The notes under the pieces: generated by a model
Seen by the model: the letters and a program-made list of their open reading frames with translations, nothing else
What the model was told of the DNA's origin: nothing
The model's database searches: none
Part shown: piece after piece, positions 1 through 10,603 of the stretch
Position numbering within the stretch: position 1 is the first letter of the stretch
How the letters are laid out: every line of letters starts with the position of its first letter
Position numbers and translations under genes: made by a program
NCBI GenBank assembly: GCA_049472445.1
Contig: JBLIRT010000001.1
Span: forward strand, 1-48,481
DNA from: a bacterium
GTDB taxonomy: Bacteria > SZUA-182 > DTGQ01
Direction: 5' to 3'
DNA length: 48,481 bases

Positions 1-1052
1 ACAATTTCAAGGTGCAAAAGACCCAGGAAGCCACACCTGAATCCCATGCCCAGGGCCGCAGAAGTGTCTTTCTCAAAAACAAGAGCTGCATCGTTTAATT
101 TGTATTTTTCAAGAGCCACAATCAAATCTTCATAGTCATCAGTTGAAATAGGATAAATAGACGAGAAAACCACGGGTTTAGCCTCGCGGAAACCAGGCAG
201 CGGCCTGGTTACCGGTCGATCATATAAGGTAATGGTGTCTCCGATACGAGCATCACTGACTGTTTTGACCCCGGCAATAATATACCCGACCTCTCCTGCT
301 CGAAGAGCCGGACTCTTTTCCCGTTTCAGGCGGAAAAAACCTACCTCCTCTACGGTATGCACAGCCCGGGTGGACATAAGGAGGATGGTATGGCCAGGTC
401 GAACCTGGCCCTCAAAAATCCTGCAAAAAATAACTGTTCCCCGGAAGGAGTCGTACTGTGCATCAAAAACCAAGGCGGAGAGGGGACTCTTTTCATCTCC
501 TTTCGGGGGAGGCAGCCGTTTGATGATGGCCTCCAATACCTCCTCAATGCCGATGCCCTCCTTGGCTGAGCAGAGAATAGCTTCATTTGGATCTAAACCG
601 AGCTCAGAATCAATCTGCTCAAGAACTCGATTGATATCCGCCGAGGGAAGGTCGATTTTATTAATGACGGGCACGATGGCCAAATTATGTTCCATAGCCA
701 GATAGAGATTGGCCAAGGTCTGAGCCTCAACCCCCTGTGAAGCATCCACCAGAAGCAGCACTCCTTCACAAGAGGCCAATGCCCTTGACACTTCATACGT
801 AAAATCTACATGACCGGGCGTATCAATAAGGTTTAACTCATATTCATACCCATCCCGGGCTTTATAGGGAATACGGATAGCCTGGCTTTTAATAGTGATT
901 CCCCTTTCCCGTTCAATATCCATGGTATCAAGCAGCTGATCCTTAAACATCCGTGGATCAATTACGCCAGAGTGTTGGATAAGCCGATCAGCCAAAGTAG
1001 ATTTTCCATGGTCAATATGAGCTATGATACTGAAGTTGCGGATTCTTTCCAT
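1..1052 (-). CDS. lepA: Elongation factor 4 (LepA), N-terminal ~350 aa; the C-terminal part runs off the left edge
   Basis: Missing from the ORF track because it is edge-truncated. Hand translation of the reverse strand from the ATG at 1050-1052 gives [63 protein letters not shown]...[38 protein letters not shown]...[11 protein letters not shown]. The GTPase G1, G3 and G4 motifs sit in the LepA-typical context. Confidence 0.9.
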   Translation of the reverse strand, partial: MERIRNFSIIAHIDHGKSTLADRLIQHSGVIDPRMFKDQLLDTMDIERERGITIKSQAIRIPYKARDGYEYELNLIDTPGHVDFTYEVSRALASCEGVLLLVDASQGVEAQTLANLYLAMEHNLAIVPVINKIDLPSADINRVLEQIDSELGLDPNEAILCSAKEGIGIEEVLEAIIKRLPPPKGDEKSPLSALVFDAQYDSFRGTVIFCRIFEGQVRPGHTILLMSTRAVHTVEEVGFFRLKREKSPALRAGEVGYIIAGVKTVSDARIGDTITLYDRPVTRPLPGFREAKPVVFSSIYPISTDDYEDLIVALEKYKLNDAALVFEKDTSAALGMGFRCGFLGLLHLEI

Positions 1053-1149
1053 AGCTGTACTTTTCACATCCTCCAAAGATATTCCATCTTCTGTCAATGA
1101 GGATATATCATAACCTATTTTTATCAAAGGATCAATTGGATAGGTGAGG

Positions 1150-3006
1150 TTAATTATTCCTGACCAGGACGCGCTGGCCCGGATAGAGGAGGCTGTTTAT
1201 CTTAAGGCCATTAAGAGACAGGAATTCGGTCAATCTCATGTTGTGATCCTTGGCAATCGTGGAGGGGCAATCTCCTTTTTGGACACGATAGGTTTCGACA
1301 CCGGAAGATGAACCCCCTGCAACTGATGAATAATCCCTTCGCTTTCCCCTCAGCGGGATACGGAGTTTCTGCCCGGCGCGAACTCTATCGGCTCTGGTAA
1401 TCCGGTTGGCCCTCATGATACCGCTTACTGAGGAGCCATACCTCCTGGCTAAAAGGGAGAGAGTTTCTCCGCGTTTGATCCTGACGATAAGATAGTCTGG
1501 TTTTGGAGGAGTCCATTCAGGAATCGATTCCAGGCAAGCCAGGGTTTTTTCACCCTGATCGGATGGAACTTTCAGGCGATACTCATGGTTCGGGGTAACA
1601 GCATACCGGAGCTCAGGATTGAGCTCAGTGAGATCGCTTTCCTTAAGATCCAGCTTTTCAGCCAGTCTCTTGAGTTGAATTTGTTTATGGCATGTTATCT
1701 CTTCGTATTCCAGGGGAGGAAGAGGATCACCTAATTCGATTCCAAACTGATCAGGGTTCTCAATGATTTGAATAGCCGCCAGGAATCGAGGAACATAACG
1801 CGCCGTCTCGCGGGGGAGCCGCTCATAAAGATCCCAGAAATTATCTAAATACTTGAGATGCTGGGACCGGATGACTTTCAAGACCTTTCCCTCCCCGCAG
1901 TTATAAGCGGCAAGAACTGTGTTCCAATCACCGAAGATTTTGTGTAATTGCCTGAGGTATTCAATGGCAGCGCGAGTTGATTTCAGGGGATCCATTCGCT
2001 CATCAACCCATTTATCACGCATCAGCCCGAATTTGTACCCCGTTGAAGGGATGAACTGCCATAAGCCCAGGGCTCTGGCCCGAGACAAAGCCCTCTGTTT
2101 AAAGTGACTTTCAATAAGCGGCAGCCAGCAAAGCTTATCCGGGAGGCCCGCCTCAGCTAATTCTTTGAGAATCATGGTGCGGTAAAGGCCGGATCGCTTA
2201 TAAGCCTCCAGGAAACATCTTCTTTCTCTTCCCAGGAAAGAGTCAATTTCCTTTTTGACATGCTCATTCATGATCAGGGGGATCTCCGTGTGACTTCCAT
2301 TAACTGCATTCTGCCTCGAGGCATAAATCTCGACAATGCGTTTGGAGATTAAAAATCGGAGATCCTCTTTTTGCTGCAAAAGATTAACGTCGTCATCCGG
2401 ATCCACCGAGACGAGAAATTCATAGGCTCGATCAAGGATTTCAATGGCATTATCAGGGTTCTCCTCTTCCCATTCCCTCTGGGCTTCAAGGCAAAACTGC
2501 AAGGCAGCATCGAGGCTCTCCTGCCTTCGATCTGATAAAACGTCCTCTTGAACTTCCTCTGCCTGAGGGGAGCTCTTCGAGCTCTTTTCTTTTGAACCTG
2601 TGGTTGATTCTTGAGGAAGTGAATTCGTACTATCAAATGACAGGGGTGAAGATGCTGACAGGGCCACCTCAGCCTGGTTGGAGATGCTTAACCTGTTTGG
2701 CTGCGGGGAAGATTCAAGGAGGAGAGAGGAGGAATGGTCAACTACCTGTTCCTCGATCTCAAGAGCATCCCCGTTTTCGTAGAAAAGATGCAGAGGCCCT
2801 TCAGAAGGAGGAGCCTCCACCGCCTTTTGGGTGGCCGGTGATATCCCGCCGTTCCTTTCAGGAGTTTTAACTCCCGGAAAGATTTGTCCCACCGGGTTGT
2901 TTGCCTCTTTTGGGGACAGGAGGAAAGGCTTTGTGCAGCCGCTTACCGTTAACACAGAGAAGAGAAGAAAGTACAGGATCAGAATGTAATGTGCCCTTAT
3001 GCTCAT
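1150..3006 (-). CDS. mltD: Membrane-bound lytic murein transglycosylase, MltD-like lipoprotein (SLT domain + 2 LysM)
   Basis: The track ORF is 1150..3036. The ATG at 3004-3006 gives [24 protein letters not shown], a lipoprotein signal with lipobox. The SLT core is present ([35 protein letters not shown]). Two C-terminal LysM repeats follow ([20 protein letters not shown]..., [17 protein letters not shown]...YPGQRVLV). Confidence 0.8.
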   Translation of the reverse strand: MSIRAHYILILYFLLFSVLTVSGCTKPFLLSPKEANNPVGQIFPGVKTPERNGGISPATQKAVEAPPSEGPLHLFYENGDALEIEEQVVDHSSSLLLESSPQPNRLSISNQAEVALSASSPLSFDSTNSLPQESTTGSKEKSSKSSPQAEEVQEDVLSDRRQESLDAALQFCLEAQREWEEENPDNAIEILDRAYEFLVSVDPDDDVNLLQQKEDLRFLISKRIVEIYASRQNAVNGSHTEIPLIMNEHVKKEIDSFLGRERRCFLEAYKRSGLYRTMILKELAEAGLPDKLCWLPLIESHFKQRALSRARALGLWQFIPSTGYKFGLMRDKWVDERMDPLKSTRAAIEYLRQLHKIFGDWNTVLAAYNCGEGKVLKVIRSQHLKYLDNFWDLYERLPRETARYVPRFLAAIQIIENPDQFGIELGDPLPPLEYEEITCHKQIQLKRLAEKLDLKESDLTELNPELRYAVTPNHEYRLKVPSDQGEKTLACLESIPEWTPPKPDYLIVRIKRGETLSLLARRYGSSVSGIMRANRITRADRVRAGQKLRIPLRGKRRDYSSVAGGSSSGVETYRVQKGDCPSTIAKDHNMRLTEFLSLNGLKINSLLYPGQRVLVRNN

Positions 3007-3424
3007 TCTGAATATTCCATAGTCCTTTATATACACGACATTCGTAATGGGAACAGCAAAAAGAAGTCCAATTCAAGCTGAAAATGAGTTCACATCATAA
3101 ATCATTTTGATTTGAGAATCAATATGCAAAATTCCTGGATAATCACTTTAACCTCTTTTTGAAATACTCTCATCGGCATCTTCAGGTATACTTCCTGCAC
3201 TTCGGGCCTTGGGCCATAAGCCCAACCTGCATCAAGCAGGCGGATTCATTCTGAAAAAGGATTGACTTGCCCTTAAAGATCGTATCGACAGAAAAGGAAA
3301 ATATCTCTGGAATTTTGCATCTACCTGTGTATTTTTTCTCTCACCGGTCCATGGTGAAACTGAATCTGATTCCTATAAGATATTGCTTTTATTTTGTCAG
3401 CGGGAAAAGTATAATAGGAATATT

Positions 3425-4999
3425 ATGATTTCCGGGCGAGGTTGTGATTTTGATATTATCTTAATCAGCGGAGATGCTTATGTTGATCACCCTCTATCTG
3501 GAGTAGGAGTGATTGCACGGGTTCTTGAAGCCAGAGGATACCGCATTGGCATTATAGAGCGTCCGGACTGGCGATATGATCATGATTTCAGGAAACTGGG
3601 CCGGCCGCGACTTTTCTTTGGGATCACTTCCGGGGCTATTGATAGCATGGTGGCTAATTACACTCCCCTCAGGAGGAGACGTTCTGCTGATCCCCATGCT
3701 CCCTTTCAGTCCGGCGTCCCCGATCGGGCGATTCTGGTTTATGCTAATAAGATACGGCAGGTATTTCCTGAAACAGTAATAATTATTGGAGGAATCGAAG
3801 CCTCCTTAAGGAGGTTTGCCCATTACGATTACTGGCAAAACAGAATTCGCCGAAGCATCCTTCTGGACTCCCGAGCTGATATTCTGGTTTATGGACCAGG
3901 CGAATTACAGGTGATCGAAATCGCCCGCCGCCTGGAAGAGGGATTGGACTCACAGAATATTCCGGGAACGTGTATCATCAGTTCCTCTATCCCTCCAGGC
4001 TTCCAGCAGATACCTTCCTTTGAAGAAGCGGCCGGGGATACGGAGCAGTTCTGCCTGGCCCAGAAGGCTTTTTCCAACCGGCAATCTCTGGCCCAGGGTC
4101 ATGCCAATCGATTTGTCCTGCAATACCCGATGCCAAACTACCGACCGGAAGATCTGGACTGGATCTATGGACTGCCGTATTCTCGAAATATTCCCACCCC
4201 CTGTCCTGGCTTGGCTATGGCTCGTTTTTCGGTGGTAACCCATCGGGGTTGCCTTGGCAACTGCTCCTTCTGCTCTCTTGCTCTCCATCAGGGGACGCGG
4301 ATTATTTCCCGCAGTGAAGAATCCATTATACATGAGGTACAGCGCCTTACCCGACATCCCGATTTTCAGGGGTATATTGATGACCTTGGCGGACCATCAG
4401 CCAATATGTACGGGATGGATTGCCACCTGGATTGCCGGGGCGAGTGCCTTTCATGCCCCAGGCTTGACCGCAGTCACAGGAGGTTGATCAGGCTGTTACA
4501 ACGAATCAGAAGGATATCCGGGCTGAAAAAGGTTTTTGTGCGAAGTGGGATACGGTATGATTTAGCTTCTGAAAGTCCTGCCTATCTTAAGGAGCTGTGC
4601 TATCATCATCTTTCGGGATGCTTAAAGATTGCCCCGGAGCACGTATCTCCCAGGGTTTTGGCGCTCATGAATAAAAAAGGCGGAAGGTTTGAAGAATTCC
4701 GCCGTCAATTTCGAGAGTTAAACAAATCCTGCCGGCAGCATCTTACCTACTATTTCATGGTGGCCCATCCGGGAACAACCCGGCCGGAGGCTTTGAAGCT
4801 GGCCCAGGCTGTAAAGAACATGCAAAAAGAAGGAGATTTCCGCCCGATGGAAGGAGTCCAGATTTTTACTCCCACTCCCATGACCCGATCTACGTGTATG
4901 TATCATACCGGGCGGGATCCGGTTACCGGAGCGTCTGTTTTTGTTCCGCGTACCTATACTGAAAAAAAGGAGCAAAAGAGAATGCTTTTCTCCCGATAG
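3425..4999 (+). CDS. ygiQ: YgiQ-family (UPF0313) radical SAM protein
   Basis: The track ORF 3383..4999 starts at TTG; the in-frame ATG at 3425 (MISGRGCDFDIILISGDAYVDHP...) matches the usual YgiQ N-terminus. The radical-SAM cluster motif is CLGNCSFC (CxxxCxxC). Confidence 0.85.
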   Translation: MISGRGCDFDIILISGDAYVDHPLSGVGVIARVLEARGYRIGIIERPDWRYDHDFRKLGRPRLFFGITSGAIDSMVANYTPLRRRRSADPHAPFQSGVPDRAILVYANKIRQVFPETVIIIGGIEASLRRFAHYDYWQNRIRRSILLDSRADILVYGPGELQVIEIARRLEEGLDSQNIPGTCIISSSIPPGFQQIPSFEEAAGDTEQFCLAQKAFSNRQSLAQGHANRFVLQYPMPNYRPEDLDWIYGLPYSRNIPTPCPGLAMARFSVVTHRGCLGNCSFCSLALHQGTRIISRSEESIIHEVQRLTRHPDFQGYIDDLGGPSANMYGMDCHLDCRGECLSCPRLDRSHRRLIRLLQRIRRISGLKKVFVRSGIRYDLASESPAYLKELCYHHLSGCLKIAPEHVSPRVLALMNKKGGRFEEFRRQFRELNKSCRQHLTYYFMVAHPGTTRPEALKLAQAVKNMQKEGDFRPMEGVQIFTPTPMTRSTCMYHTGRDPVTGASVFVPRTYTEKKEQKRMLFSR

Positions 5000-5223
5000 T
5001 CTTTTTGAGCATTCTTCTTGAAAATCCTTCCATATTTAAAGAACAATTATGTCGATAATAACTTAAAAGATCGAAAAGGGGCGGGGTTGCCGGTTCAAGA
5101 ATGAGGTTTCAAGAGAAGGAGGGGAGTATAAAGGCCAGATAAACTCTTCTCATTGCTCAGTATTTCCTCCTGTACAGATGATTCTCAAAATTTCATCTTT
5201 CTTTAACAATGAGGTGACTGAAA

Positions 5224-6627
5224 ATGTATCGTTTACACAAGATGATTTATCGTGTCATGCCGGATGGGACTGAAAAGCAGATTAATCCTTTTACAGGGAG
5301 AGAGGTGTGGACCATCCCCGGACGAAGCAAGAAACCGGTTTATAACAGCTTTAAGACAGCACCCCGAGAGATCGAAATCCAGCATCCGGAGAAGTATTGT
5401 AACTTTTGTGCTGCCAATTACAAAAATACCCCACCTGAAAAGGCGCGCCTCATGAAAACGGATCATGGCTATGAGCTCCTCACCCGTCTGGATCCGGAGA
5501 GGATTTTCAGCGAGGAGGCTGCCTTCAGGAGAATTCCCAACCTCTTTGAGATTGTGACCGCCGATTATTGGAGGAAAAACTATAATTATAAACTGGATGG
5601 GGTGAATAAAGAATGGAAGCAGCGGTACCTGGCCAGTGAGGAAGGCTTTCGTCATGTCATGGGAATTATCGATCTGAAGCTGAAACTCTCCGGCTTAACA
5701 CCCGGCCAAGTTCATGATAAGCCTGTTGAGGAAAAAGTAGAGCTGGCTAACGCCTTCTTCTGTGGCGGGCACGAGCTCATCGTGGCTTGCAGGCACCTGA
5801 AAGCAAAAGCCAAATATGACACTGATCTTTGTTCCTCCGGAGAACTTACTCAGGAGGAGCATTTTCATTACTTTACGTTTACGATCGAGGCGATGGAAGA
5901 TATTTACGCTCAAAACAGGTATGTCCGGTACATAAGCATTTTTCAAAACTGGCTGAGGGATGCAGGCGCTTCCTTTGATCATCTTCATAAGCAGTTAGTG
6001 GCTCTCGATGAGTGGGGCACATCCGTAGAACAGGAACTTGCCCTCGTCCAGGCTCATCCAAACATATATAATGATATGGCGGCCAATTTTGCCTGCTACA
6101 ATAACCTGGTTATTGCGGAGAATGATCACGCCATGGCCTTTGTAGATGTCGGCCATGTGCATCCAACTCTCGTTATTTACTCCAAGAGTGAACATTTACG
6201 GCCAAATGAGCATACCAGTGAGGAATTACGAGGCTTCAGCGATCTGGTCCATGCCTGCCATGCCGCCATGGGAAATGCCATCTCCTGTAATGAAGAGTGG
6301 TATTATGCTCCCCGGGATGCGGTTATCCCCATGCCCTGGCACATCTTAATCAAATGGCGGGTGAATACACCGGCCGGATTCGAGGGGGGAACGAAAATTT
6401 ACATTAATCCCATGGGACTGACCGACTTAAGGGATATCATGGTTACACGGCTCTATGAATTGCGAGATAAAAAGATTATTGATGGATTTAAAATTGCCGA
6501 AGAGTGTCCGGTGCGTCCCAATTCGTTACGTTATAATCAACGGGCGGGCTATACACCGGCCATGAGTGCTCATACTACCCCTACCCAGTTCTTTGATCAG
6601 TCACTTATTGGCACAGGCCAGCTATAA
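5224..6627 (+). CDS. GalT-like HIT-superfamily nucleotidyltransferase/phosphorylase (DUF4921-like)
   Basis: There is an N-terminal CNFCAANY zinc-knuckle-like motif (compare CPFCxG of GalT). A branch-III HIT active-site motif HxHxQ is present (SFDHLHKQLV). A GAGGTG SD site lies 6 nt upstream of the ATG at 5224. The family assignment is from memory of motifs, not a search. Confidence 0.6.
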   Translation: MYRLHKMIYRVMPDGTEKQINPFTGREVWTIPGRSKKPVYNSFKTAPREIEIQHPEKYCNFCAANYKNTPPEKARLMKTDHGYELLTRLDPERIFSEEAAFRRIPNLFEIVTADYWRKNYNYKLDGVNKEWKQRYLASEEGFRHVMGIIDLKLKLSGLTPGQVHDKPVEEKVELANAFFCGGHELIVACRHLKAKAKYDTDLCSSGELTQEEHFHYFTFTIEAMEDIYAQNRYVRYISIFQNWLRDAGASFDHLHKQLVALDEWGTSVEQELALVQAHPNIYNDMAANFACYNNLVIAENDHAMAFVDVGHVHPTLVIYSKSEHLRPNEHTSEELRGFSDLVHACHAAMGNAISCNEEWYYAPRDAVIPMPWHILIKWRVNTPAGFEGGTKIYINPMGLTDLRDIMVTRLYELRDKKIIDGFKIAEECPVRPNSLRYNQRAGYTPAMSAHTTPTQFFDQSLIGTGQL

Positions 6628-8723
6628 ACCTTTATTTCTAAGGGGTCCAAAGATATTTTGAATGCATTGTCTGTAACAGAGGGGGGATTATCCGCTATCC
6701 CCTCCAGAAGATTTTTCTGCTGCAGAAAATCCACTAGGGGATCGGTAAATCGAAGCTGATCACTTCCTTGAAACGTAGCCTGGACCACGTCTGTTTCAGA
6801 TGAGTTGATAAGGAGAAGGTAGTAATCAGTTTGATGGCGCTTCACCAGACAATGGACGGCAGACTGGCTACAGGTTACGGCTCCGGGCGGTGGCTCGTCG
6901 GAAGAGAGTAAAATAGGCTGGAGGGCCTTGACTTCCCTTCCTGCGCTTTTTATCCATTCCCAGCGCTCATCTGCATCCTCTAATGTTATAAGATCAAAGT
7001 ACGAATAGTAAAAGAGTCCCGAGGCTCTATGGATCAGTCCCAGGTAAGTCATGCCACGGATCTGCTCCCGGGTTGGCGGGGAACTTCCATGAGTCTGGAT
7101 GACTATCCAGAAGGGACGGGACCGCCTGCCTGCCTCCACGGCTGCTTCGGCGGCCTCGGCTACATAAACGATGGGGGTATGAGGGACCGGATAAGGATCC
7201 ACACCAAGGATATCAGTGGTTGTGGCCATTCTTTCCAGATCCTGCAGTTGGTAGAGGACCGACCAGGTTGGATGATTGGGATCTTCAGCTCGGACAACCC
7301 GGTAGTATCGACTAAGTTGCTGGAAATGAGCAAGGCCGATTTCGTCATTCAGATACCAGCCCAGAATGGCCGGATGGTCTTTGAGGGTCCCTACGATTTC
7401 ACCTATCCTGGCTTCAGCCTCGGTATCGTCCAGAGAGAAGAACTCCCGGGAGGGAATAGGGCATAAGAGCCGGAGGCTATGCTCGTTGAGCAGGTCTAAG
7501 TACTCGCGGATGAAATTGAAGCAATCCTCTCTCGTAACCCAGGGGCTTTCCCAGTTCAAAGGAACCAAGGTGTTGTAATTGACCAGGGTATCAAAAGGAC
7601 TGTTGGCGTCAGCGATTTTTTCTATCTCTTCCATGAGCAAATCATTGTTGGGGTCACGCGACAATTCCGTGTTGGCGGTATAGATACCCAGGGGGAAAAA
7701 GGACACCCCACGGCAGAGTAATCGATTGGCCCGATCAATAAAAGCAGGCAGGCTGTCTTGTTCGCCTGGAGCCATCTGCCTGAGCTGGTCTATGGTCTCT
7801 ATACGCAGCTCTGCCTGTTCCTGTCCTCGAAGCTGAGTAACCAAAGAATAGTCTCCCGTCAGGAGTTGATCCGGCAGGACGTCCAGGACAAGTTCGGGTT
7901 CATGACTGTTCAGTTGAGAAAAGACAGCCTCCTTTACTACCTCTCCCTCCGAATTCCGAATCAATAGATGAATGGTGAGATCTTTTATATCCAGTCCAAT
8001 AACCTCAGGATGCAGGCCGGCCTGAACACGGACCTGCGGCGATTCTTCATGAATCATCAAGCCGCGATAGTTTGGTCGTAGTAAAAAGGTCTCCAGGAGA
8101 GGCGGCTTCAGCTCTTTGATGGTAAAATCGTCAAACCAGGCGGTGCCTGTAGTCCCCTTGGTCAGCAGAAGGCAGAGGCTTATATGCGTGACTTGTCTAC
8201 CCATCCAGGTGGGAGGCATGATGATTTCCTCCAAGACCAGATGATGCCAGTCGAAAGTTCCTAAACATTTTGACCCTTCATAATATCCCCCAAGCCAGGA
8301 CCAGTTCTTATCAAAATATTCCACGCAGAAGGTGGCACCATTATTTTCAGGATCACTATGGACCAGGTTTTCTCCCCTTATCCAAACTCCAAGGCGGTAC
8401 CTCTTTCCCGGAACAACAAAAATCTCTTGAGTGACGTATCGATACCAGGACGGCTCCTGGTTTTGGACACGAAGGCTGTATAGGCCGGAGTAAGCTATGT
8501 CTGAGTCAAGAGCCCATTGAGGGGCCGTCAGGGGAGACCAGTTTGCCGGTTGACCTGAGGGTGATACAATTTCAAAGCCCGGATTTCCCACGAGATGAGG
8601 TAAGGCCGTGTAAGGGCCGGGAGTGGTGCAACCCAAAGGAAAGGAAAGAGAAATAAGGAAAAGAAGCACCGGCCATGTTCTCATGGTAATTGCCTGGCCA
8701 CATTTGGAAGTCACTCTTTTCAT
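6597..8723 (-). CDS. Secreted or lipoprotein glycoside-hydrolase-like protein with an N-terminal CBM4/9-like module
   Basis: The internal start at 8684 gives MRTWPVLLFLISLSFPLGC, a signal with lipobox. GNPGFEIVSPSG...YSLRVQN...GKRYRLGVWIRGENL resembles a CBM_4_9 beta-sandwich. Later motifs (FFPLGIY, ILGWYLNDEIG, DILGVDPYP) look like a TIM-barrel GH with an NDE acid/base. The specific family is not recognised. Confidence 0.5.
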   Translation of the reverse strand: MKRVTSKCGQAITMRTWPVLLFLISLSFPLGCTTPGPYTALPHLVGNPGFEIVSPSGQPANWSPLTAPQWALDSDIAYSGLYSLRVQNQEPSWYRYVTQEIFVVPGKRYRLGVWIRGENLVHSDPENNGATFCVEYFDKNWSWLGGYYEGSKCLGTFDWHHLVLEEIIMPPTWMGRQVTHISLCLLLTKGTTGTAWFDDFTIKELKPPLLETFLLRPNYRGLMIHEESPQVRVQAGLHPEVIGLDIKDLTIHLLIRNSEGEVVKEAVFSQLNSHEPELVLDVLPDQLLTGDYSLVTQLRGQEQAELRIETIDQLRQMAPGEQDSLPAFIDRANRLLCRGVSFFPLGIYTANTELSRDPNNDLLMEEIEKIADANSPFDTLVNYNTLVPLNWESPWVTREDCFNFIREYLDLLNEHSLRLLCPIPSREFFSLDDTEAEARIGEIVGTLKDHPAILGWYLNDEIGLAHFQQLSRYYRVVRAEDPNHPTWSVLYQLQDLERMATTTDILGVDPYPVPHTPIVYVAEAAEAAVEAGRRSRPFWIVIQTHGSSPPTREQIRGMTYLGLIHRASGLFYYSYFDLITLEDADERWEWIKSAGREVKALQPILLSSDEPPPGAVTCSQSAVHCLVKRHQTDYYLLLINSSETDVVQATFQGSDQLRFTDPLVDFLQQKNLLEGIADNPPSVTDNAFKISLDPLEIKVYSWPVPISD

Positions 8724-8937
8724 CGTAAAAATCTCCCCTACCCCAACCCTCTCCCCAACCAGCGGGAAGAGAGAGGAAGATTTTCATGTTCCTTTGGGCC
8801 GGCTTGCCAGCCTGAGTGTTTCATCCGGAAATAGAACCCTATCTTTTAAAGATACCATATTTTCCGGAAAAAGCCAGTTTACTTTTGGCTTAAGCCCTCT
8901 CCTGGTCGGTCAGGAAGGAATAGGCGAGAGCCAAAGA

Positions 8938-9297
8938 TTATTTCTTGAAAAGAAGGTGGAGGGATAGAGCGAGCAAGACAAGGCCGAAAAAGAACCGAAG
9001 CCTCTCTTCCGGAAGCCTGTTGGCGATGGTTGCGCCAAAAAATCCACCGATGAAAAAGCCCAGGGCGGTAAAGAGAGCCACTCTGAGATTTACATTCCCA
9101 CTCCTGTAATACTGAATGGCTGCCAGAAGACCGATGGGAGGAAGCAAGGTGGCGATAGCTGTTCCCTGGGCCTGATGCTGGTTAAATTTCAGGAGATAGA
9201 TTAAAGCGGGGATAATGATTACTCCTCCGCCAAGTCCTAAAAATCCTCCGCATACTCCAGCCACAAGGCCAATCACTATATACAGCAGGATGTACAT
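8938..9297 (-). CDS. Half-size (4-TM) TSUP/TauE-SafE family membrane protein
   Basis: The 119-aa protein is entirely hydrophobic. GLGGGVIIIPALIYLL and GGFFGATIANRLP are typical of TauE/SafE (TSUP) repeats. Confidence 0.7.
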   Translation of the reverse strand: MYILLYIVIGLVAGVCGGFLGLGGGVIIIPALIYLLKFNQHQAQGTAIATLLPPIGLLAAIQYYRSGNVNLRVALFTALGFFIGGFFGATIANRLPEERLRFFFGLVLLALSLHLLFKK

Positions 9298-9433
9298 GAT
9301 GTTCTTCTGTCTCCTTTGTTCTGCCTCCTCCGATCTTCAGAGAGACACAGCTTATCTCTTGATGAATGAAAGTCTGCCTCCATACGTTCGTTGCTTTCCC
9401 TGAATATTCTGTCGAATTCCCAGAGCAAAATCA

Positions 9434-10303
9434 CTACTTTTCAAGGGAGGAAGAAGATGAAAGAAGAAGTATCGAATCAATTTGACATCCTGTATAATCA
9501 GCCACAACCGGGCACTTGGCTTTAAAAAGGAAAAAGATGTTTTTTTGAACCTCACTTAAGGTTTCAAAATTACCCTGACCTTTGGCAATCACCAGGTCCG
9601 CCTGGTGAAATCGGGCCACGAATTCCGGAGAACACATATCCAGAATAGTTCCCGGTGCATTGTCACCGTTATCTATAACCGGCACCAGATCAGATAACCC
9701 GACCAGTTCAGCATCCTCTCGCAAGGCATCATTAATAATCGGGCCTCCCCTGACGGCAAAGGTTACTTTCCCCTGGGGCAAATGCTCGATCAGGAGGCGA
9801 TCAAAAACTATCTCGCCAGCGTTATCGCCAAGGTAGAGGATATGGCCGGACTCCTTTAAGCTCTGACAGAAATGGCTGAAGGCCTTTGGTTCCAAGGGAG
9901 TCCGCAGAGAGGATTCTATCGATCGGTGGACGTCGGCTATTTCTAGATGTCTATGAATACCAAAATCAATAACATTACCGGCAATGGCCAGTTGCACAGC
10001 GGTTTCCAGGGGATTGGGAGAGAGGCGGACCTTTTGGGTAAGGACAGGATATAATTCCATGGCCAGGAGATTGAAGTGTTTTTTTACCTCCTGATAAGGA
10101 TCCGGTACCTGACACTCAGTTCTGATAAGCCCATGGATGATCCTGGACATGGCCGGGGGAGGGAGGGATAGATCGATCTCACTGCAGTGGCGGAGTACTG
10201 CCCGCAATACCCGATTCTGGATATGAGATTCCGCCTTCAGCATTTGTAAGGTATGCAGGGTCTGGTGAATAAAACAGGGGAAACAGGGAAGACATGTTCT
10301 CAT
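9434..10303 (-). CDS. DUF89 / ARMT1-like damage-control phosphatase
   Basis: Hallmark DUF89 motifs are present: YLGDNAGEIVFD, IDNGDNAPG, AKGQGNFETL. Confidence 0.8.
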   Translation of the reverse strand: MRTCLPCFPCFIHQTLHTLQMLKAESHIQNRVLRAVLRHCSEIDLSLPPPAMSRIIHGLIRTECQVPDPYQEVKKHFNLLAMELYPVLTQKVRLSPNPLETAVQLAIAGNVIDFGIHRHLEIADVHRSIESSLRTPLEPKAFSHFCQSLKESGHILYLGDNAGEIVFDRLLIEHLPQGKVTFAVRGGPIINDALREDAELVGLSDLVPVIDNGDNAPGTILDMCSPEFVARFHQADLVIAKGQGNFETLSEVQKNIFFLFKAKCPVVADYTGCQIDSILLLSSSSSLEK

Positions 10304-10500
10304 AGCACGTTAGGAATCCTTTCCAGGAACCGCAGAAGCAATTCACCTCCGCTGAGGGATATGGCCTTATCCCTGAATGATGGATCAGGATCTTGTCCAT
10401 CAGGATGAAGGCGGTAAGCAAGAGCTGGTCGTTGCCCTATCCATAATGGATAAAAATCATATCATATCAAGATCAAAAAGGGGAGTCAAGGTCAGGGAAG

Positions 10501-10553
10501 AAAGAAAGATTCGCCGGCCAAGAGGCAGGCGGGCTCAGTTACCCGCCTTGGCC
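10501..10553 (-). terminator. Putative intrinsic terminator after the proline-rich protein gene
   Basis: The inner stem is GGCGGG(10528-10533)/CCCGCC(10542-10547). The outer stem is GGCCAAG(10516-10522)/CTTGGCC(10547-10553). On the minus-strand RNA the hairpin is followed by GGCGAAUCUUUCUUU. Confidence 0.4.
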
Positions 10554-10603
10554 AGTCTTTTGTCAAGAGTATAAATCCAGCCCGCCAGTTTATCTCACCA
10601 TAC

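Noticed and set aside
232-796. Track ORFs 232..705(+), 350..586(-), 357..569(+), 593..796(-)
   Set aside because: All lie inside or antisense to the clearly real, edge-truncated lepA frame. Their translations are low-complexity with no recognisable motifs.
3950-4357. 135-aa minus-strand ORF inside ygiQ
   Set aside because: It is antisense to a well-supported radical-SAM gene, and its translation shows no features.
8724-8800. Short ORF encoding ...PAGWGEGWGRGDF... (track ORF 8572..8787, minus)
   Set aside because: It overlaps the start of the hydrolase-like gene out of frame. The C/T-rich sequence (ctcccctaccccaaccctctcccc) is a common intergenic low-complexity motif, and nothing supports it as coding.
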